A DNA stretch of 64,000 nt from an uncultured virus (IMG/VR IMGVR_UViG_3300033073_001410) (lineage: Duplodnaviria; Heunggongvirae; Uroviricota; Caudoviricetes). Location: positions 1-64,000 of IMG/VR virus record IMGVR_UViG_3300033073_001410; one strand, given 5' to 3'. Of the stretch, positions 60,066-64,000 are shown piece after piece. Each line of letters opens with the position of its first letter. Within the stretch, counting starts at the first letter, position 1. The position numbers and the translations under genes are program-made. Below the pieces are notes generated by a model. The model was not told the origin of the DNA, made no database searches, and saw only the letters and a program-made list of their open reading frames with translations.

Positions 60066-61523
60066 ATGTCATCTAATAGAGTACTTGATTTTTTCTCCTA
60101 TATTAATGAATCTAAGGGGGAAACTACAAAAATAGTGGTTTTAACGGGGAACGTTAAAGGAAGTAAAACATCCAAATCCTTCGAAGAGGAATGTAAGAAG
60201 AGAAAAATTGAGTGTCATATAGTAGATGTTAATGATGTCATTTTAGAAAAGGCTTACAATGGTCACATCATTAAAACCGGAGAGGATCAGATTACGATAG
60301 ATCCTAATTCTACTGTGATAGTACCAAGAAGAGGGGTCTTAGAAAACTCATATACGAAGCAGGTGTTAACGTATTTAGAAGATGCTAGATACTTTACAGT
60401 TAATACTCTCGAATCTATGGAAGTGTGCGAGAATAAATACCTCACTTCTCAAGTTTTAGAGGAGAGCGGCTTACCAGTTCCTAGATGTGCATTAGTACCC
60501 AATGAGGATTTTTTAGACTCTGCATTGAAAGAAATAGGTGGTAAATTTCCGGTAGTTATGAAGCTTCTATCAGGTACTCAAGGTATTGGGGTTTCTATAG
60601 TTGATTCTTACTCTTCATTAAAATCGGTTTATCAAACGATTAGAAAGCTTGATGGAAATAATGAGATCCTGATTCAAGAGAAAATAGATTCGAATTTTGA
60701 CCTTAGAATCCAGGTAATAATTAAGAAATTTGATCCTTTGCAACCAGATCCAGATAACTGTATGATTCTGGGATCTATGAAGAGACAAGCTGTTAAAAAG
60801 GATTTTAGAACAAATTACTCTTTAGGTGGATCTGTTTCTAAATATAATATTTCTAAGGAAATAGAAGAAATAGCATGTAAGGCTGCAAATGCAGTTGGAT
60901 GTCACTGGTGTGGGGTTGATATAATGATAGACTCTAAAACTAAAAAACCTTACATCTTAGAGGTTAATTCATCTCCAGGAACCGAAGGTATATCACAGGC
61001 TATAGGTAAACCTATCGTGGATGATGTAATAGATTACCTGGTAGAGAAAAGCAATTGGTCTTATTCTAATCTGGAAGTTGGGTATTTAGAGACTTTAGAA
61101 ATTCCTGGATTAGGTTCAGTTGTAGCCAAATTCGATACTGGTAACGGAGCTAAATCATGCAGTATCCACTGTGATGAGGTAGAAGAAATAGACGGTAAAC
61201 TGAAATGGAAAATCGGTAAGAAAAACTTCGTAAGTGATATAGTTGGATATTCAGATGCTGAAGTAGGTAAAGATATCCACACCAGACCAATTATCGAGAT
61301 GGACATTTTATTCCACGGTGTATTGGTACCTGCAGTAAAAATATCTCCTGTCGACAGAACAGAGAAAAGCACACCATTCTTAGCAAATAGAGGATTTATG
61401 AGAAGACTTGGATTAATAGTTAATCCATATAAAGCCTTTGTAGTTTCGGAAGAGCCTAAGAAAGGATATGGTGCTGGTGCTTCAAAAGGAGAAGCCCACG
61501 CCGGAATTAAATTTGAAAAATAA
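60066..61523 (+). CDS. RimK-family ATP-grasp ligase fused to a C-terminal RimK-associated retropepsin-like (RimB-type) protease
   Basis: NKYLT, FPVVMK..GTQGIGV, LIQE, DFRTNYSLGG, GVDI, LEVNSSPG; then VGYLE..AKFDTGN..SIH..RP.I..DR..LANR. Confidence 0.85.
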   Translation: MSSNRVLDFFSYINESKGETTKIVVLTGNVKGSKTSKSFEEECKKRKIECHIVDVNDVILEKAYNGHIIKTGEDQITIDPNSTVIVPRRGVLENSYTKQVLTYLEDARYFTVNTLESMEVCENKYLTSQVLEESGLPVPRCALVPNEDFLDSALKEIGGKFPVVMKLLSGTQGIGVSIVDSYSSLKSVYQTIRKLDGNNEILIQEKIDSNFDLRIQVIIKKFDPLQPDPDNCMILGSMKRQAVKKDFRTNYSLGGSVSKYNISKEIEEIACKAANAVGCHWCGVDIMIDSKTKKPYILEVNSSPGTEGISQAIGKPIVDDVIDYLVEKSNWSYSNLEVGYLETLEIPGLGSVVAKFDTGNGAKSCSIHCDEVEEIDGKLKWKIGKKNFVSDIVGYSDAEVGKDIHTRPIIEMDILFHGVLVPAVKISPVDRTEKSTPFLANRGFMRRLGLIVNPYKAFVVSEEPKKGYGAGASKGEAHAGIKFEK

Positions 61524-61535
61524 CAAACAGATAAA

Positions 61536-61751
61536 ATGGAAAACCTAAAAGAGTTTGGTAGCATTAGCGAATCATCTAGCCAAGATGAAAAAACAGAAAA
61601 AATCCAAGTTCTTCTTTCCAAAGAAGATTTAACTGACTTGAGTAGAAAAATCTCCAAAGAAGCTCTTGCTAAAGGAGAAGCACCGGTTTCTATTTCTCAT
61701 TACGTGAGAAAATTGATTAGAAGAAACCTAGGGAAAACTACTGAGGATTAA
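61536..61751 (+). CDS. Ribbon-helix-helix-like DNA-binding protein
   Basis: KIQVLLSKEDL..L..SISHYVRKLI. Confidence 0.5.
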   Translation: MENLKEFGSISESSSQDEKTEKIQVLLSKEDLTDLSRKISKEALAKGEAPVSISHYVRKLIRRNLGKTTED

Positions 61752-61756
61752 TTTCT

Positions 61757-62077
61757 ATGCGACTGCTAATAGAATTTGACGATTACCTAGAAGATGATCT
61801 AGATCTGGGTGAGCCAGAAAAGGCAATGATTCGAAACTGGATACAGAAGTATGAAAAGTACTTCAATTTCCATAATAGTGGGGAATTCACTGATTCTATT
61901 GATCAGATAACAAAAGACTGTATAGAACAATTAGGAATCGATAAATCAAAAAGTGATGCAGTTCAAGATTACCTAGAAAGTCTATATACTCTTTCGGATG
62001 GACTATCAGTAGTGATGGCTCCTGGACCGGAATTACAATATACAAATATAGACCAAGTTCAGAGATTTCAATATTAA
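61757..62077 (+). CDS. Hypothetical protein with CTS-like leader
   Basis: MRLLIEFDDYLE N-terminus. Confidence 0.55.
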   Translation: MRLLIEFDDYLEDDLDLGEPEKAMIRNWIQKYEKYFNFHNSGEFTDSIDQITKDCIEQLGIDKSKSDAVQDYLESLYTLSDGLSVVMAPGPELQYTNIDQVQRFQY

Positions 62078-62080
62078 TGT

Positions 62081-62109
62081 GAAACCTTTTTATATTTCCT
62101 TTGTATAAA
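62081..62109 (+). promoter_or_regulatory. Putative middle-type promoter GAAACC-N17-TATAAA
   Basis: Bipartite motif shared with 35553 and 63562. Confidence 0.5.
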
Positions 62110-62125
62110 GGATAAAATATCTTTT

Positions 62126-63556
62126 ATGAATCTTGTTTCAGCTTTACAGCAATCCAATACTACCACTGAGAATGGAATGGTAACCAATTCAAGTTCACTC
62201 AACAATTGTGTTGATCTGTTCTTTAAGATTGGAGCTTTTAGAGCTGCTGATGATTCCGATATAATCAGAGCATTTTCTTTAGCTTTTAACGAGAATCCTG
62301 TTACTTCTATGAGAATACTTTTCTGGGCTAGAGATGTAAGGGGCGGAGCTGGCGAGAGAAGGGTATTTAGAATCTGTCTAGACCATTTAACTAAATCCAA
62401 TCCTGAATCTTTAAAAAGGAACTTGGAGCTTATATCAGAATATGGTAGATGGGATGATCTTCTGGTTTTATTTGGAACTCCATTGCAGGAGGATGCTTTC
62501 GGTTTAATTAAAACCGCACTAGAATCAGAAAATGGATTATGTGCAAAGTGGATGCCTAGAAAAGGTCCAATTGCGAACGAGTTAAGAAAGTTTATGAACA
62601 TGACTCCGAAGGAGTATAGAAAATTGCTTGTTTCTCTAACTAATGTGGTTGAGCAAAACATGTGTTTAAATAAATGGGAAGACATTAATTATTCAAATGT
62701 TCCATCGGTCGCTGCTGCAAGATACCAAAATGCTTTCTATAGAAAGGATCAGAAAAGATACGCTGAGTACATTCGTCTTTTAAGCATGCCTAGTGAAGAA
62801 AGACCAAATGAAATAAAAATCAATGCTCAAGCGGTTTATCCCTATGATGTTATTAAATCTCTAAACAGAGGTAATAAGGACGTTGCAACCGAACAATGGA
62901 AGGCTCTTCCTAATTATATGGAGGGAAATACTGAAATGATTCTACCTGTAGTTGATGTTTCAGGTTCTATGATGTCCTCAGTATCTGGTGGATCTTCCTT
63001 AACTTGTATGGACGTATCAGTGTCTTTAGGACTTTATATCTCGGAAAGAAATAACGGGCCTTTCCAGGATCACTTTATAACATTTAGTGAGAGCCCTAGT
63101 CTACAGAAATTATCGGGTAATCTTTATGATAGATATTGTCAATTATCCGAATCCGATTGGGGAATGTCAACTAATCTAGAATCTGTATTCAATTTGATTC
63201 TAAAGCAAGCTACTAAACACAACATCTCTGAATCTGAAATGCCATCTAAAATATTGATTCTTTCCGATATGGAGTTCGATGAATGTATAATGGACGGTGA
63301 AAGTACATCTGCGATGGAGATGATCAGAAAGAAGTACTCTGATGCTGGATATAAGCTTCCTTCGATTATATTCTGGAATATCCAGAGCAGAAGAGGTGGA
63401 AATAATATACCTGTTAGATTTGATGAGATGGGAACTGCTTTAGTTTCTGGATTTTCTCCTTCGATACTTAAATCAATATTAGCTGGTTCTGAAATAAGCC
63501 CGATGGAGATAATGAACCAGACGATAAATTCGGAAAGGTATCAAAAAGTATCATAA
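62126..63556 (+). CDS. DUF2828 / Ro60-TROVE-like helical-repeat plus vWA protein
   Basis: TENG..SS..VDLFF, RDVRGGAGER, YGRWDDL, AKWMPR, EYRK; vWA MIDAS DVSGSM, LSDMEFD, FWN, LVSGFSP. Confidence 0.8.
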   Translation: MNLVSALQQSNTTTENGMVTNSSSLNNCVDLFFKIGAFRAADDSDIIRAFSLAFNENPVTSMRILFWARDVRGGAGERRVFRICLDHLTKSNPESLKRNLELISEYGRWDDLLVLFGTPLQEDAFGLIKTALESENGLCAKWMPRKGPIANELRKFMNMTPKEYRKLLVSLTNVVEQNMCLNKWEDINYSNVPSVAAARYQNAFYRKDQKRYAEYIRLLSMPSEERPNEIKINAQAVYPYDVIKSLNRGNKDVATEQWKALPNYMEGNTEMILPVVDVSGSMMSSVSGGSSLTCMDVSVSLGLYISERNNGPFQDHFITFSESPSLQKLSGNLYDRYCQLSESDWGMSTNLESVFNLILKQATKHNISESEMPSKILILSDMEFDECIMDGESTSAMEMIRKKYSDAGYKLPSIIFWNIQSRRGGNNIPVRFDEMGTALVSGFSPSILKSILAGSEISPMEIMNQTINSERYQKVS

Positions 63557-63561
63557 ATAAT

Positions 63562-63590
63562 GAAACTTCTTCTGAATAGAAATATATAAA
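63562..63590 (+). promoter_or_regulatory. Putative promoter GAAACT-N17-TATAAA for the downstream non-coding unit
   Basis: Same bipartite motif; overlaps an AATATATA late-type variant; no ORF follows before the terminator. Confidence 0.5.
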
Positions 63591-63598
63591 TTAAAAAT

Positions 63599-63688
63599 AA
63601 GGAATCTTTTCAGCAAAAACAACTTACATTTAACTACGCAATAAGGATAGGACTCTTCGGAGCCTCCTATCAAAAAAAAGAGATTCCG
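63599..63688 (+). ncRNA. Candidate structured small RNA 1 (stem-closed, CAGCAA motif, cUUCGg hairpin)
   Basis: GGAATCTTTT (63601-10) pairs with AAGAGATTCC (63678-87); internal GATAGGA-CTC-TTCG-GAG-CC-TCCTATC hairpin. Confidence 0.6.
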
Positions 63689-63697
63689 CTATTATTA

Positions 63698-63752
63698 AAG
63701 GATTGTTACAGCAAATACAACTACAATTGAGATAACAGAAAAAACAATCCTG
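63698..63752 (+). ncRNA. Candidate structured small RNA 2 (stem-closed, CAGCAA motif)
   Basis: AGGATTGTT (63699-707) pairs perfectly with AACAATCCT (63743-51); shares CAGCAAAWACAACT with RNA 1. Confidence 0.6.
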
Positions 63753-63760
63753 ATACTATT

Positions 63761-63792
63761 AAAGTCCGAGTGAAAGCTCGGACTTTTTTTTT
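63761..63792 (+). terminator. Rho-independent terminator
   Basis: AAAGTCCGAGT-GAAA-GCTCGGACTTT followed by a long T-run. Confidence 0.85.
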
Positions 63793-63809
63793 CTTCCGGG
63801 ATTATTTTT

Positions 63810-63817
63810 TATCTTTG
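63810..63817 (+). promoter_or_regulatory. Bacteroidota-type -7 promoter element TATCTTTG
   Basis: TAnnTTTG upstream of ATG 63845. Confidence 0.5.
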
Positions 63818-63844
63818 TTTCATAAACCAATAAAAATCGAGATT

Positions 63845-64000
63845 ATGTTAACAAATGGAAAATTAGCAAACGAAGGATCGAATCTGGATAAACTCATTTC
63901 TAGATTTAGAAAACCAATTCTCCTAGCGGGACGTATCTTACTTGTTATTATAGCTCTTTCCTCAGGATATGCTATATCGGAGATTCAACATCGATACAAG
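63845..64000 (+). CDS. Hypothetical membrane protein, 3'-truncated by window edge
   Basis: MLTNGKLANEGSNLDKLISRFRKPILLAGRILLVIIALSSGYAISEIQHRYK; open to the end of the window. Confidence 0.55.
   Translation, partial: MLTNGKLANEGSNLDKLISRFRKPILLAGRILLVIIALSSGYAISEIQHRYK

Larger units (their letters stand above)
1..64000. mobile_element. Segment of a large lytic tailed phage genome (jumbo/huge phage, T4-like replication module), probable Bacteroidota host
   Basis: Dense co-oriented genes; gp32/gp61/UvsY/UvsW/gp43/topo II-like genes plus virion-type proteins; no integrase or bacterial housekeeping operons seen. Confidence 0.92.

Noticed and set aside
62144..62156. TTACAGCAATCC at the start of the DUF2828 gene as a third CAGCAA element
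   Set aside because: Lies in coding sequence (LQQS), and I could not find a convincing closing stem or the ACAACT extension
63599..63792. CRISPR mini-array or tRNA genes
   Set aside because: Only two imperfect units whose ends pair with each other; no identical repeats with spacers, no cloverleaf or T-loop consensus, no cas genes
1..64000. Stop-codon reassignment (alternative genetic code) as in some large phages
   Set aside because: Code 11 gives long, densely packed ORFs, and TAA, TAG and TGA all terminate recognisable genes at sensible positions

Overview
This window is a 64 kb segment of a large, AT-rich tailed phage genome (jumbo/huge phage with T4-superfamily-type replication genes). 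It uses the standard genetic code and nearly all genes are on the + strand. The host is probably Bacteroidota: TAnnTTTG promoters, A-rich starts without Shine-Dalgarno sequences, and Hc1-like and DUF4494-like genes. About 1-26 kb is a virion-structural block of very large Ser/Thr/Gly-rich proteins, three collagen-containing fibre paralogues, a tail-tube-like protein and PhoH. About 26-64 kb holds replication, recombination and nucleotide-metabolism genes: RuvC-like, gp32-like SSB, primase, UvsY, UvsW, a family-B polymerase split into two genes about 14.7 kb apart, a clamp, two topoisomerase II subunits, NrdAB, dUTPase/dCTPase and Adk. These are mixed with accessory genes: Hsp20, DnaJ, UvsE, an MBD4-like glycosylase, GT2-TPR, a RimK-protease fusion, an NTase and a ligase-HxGH fusion. 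Best leads: (1) a Ro60/TROVE-like vWA gene followed by a separately promoted and terminated non-coding unit with two covarying stem-closed CAGCAA-motif RNAs; (2) about 12 unrelated proteins sharing a T4 capsid-targeting-like N-terminal leader, many behind a GATATATA late-type promoter; (3) the widely split polymerase; (4) three fibre paralogues with collagen segments of matching length and register. No CRISPR array, tRNA or rRNA was seen. All functional calls come from motif recognition by eye, not from database searches.
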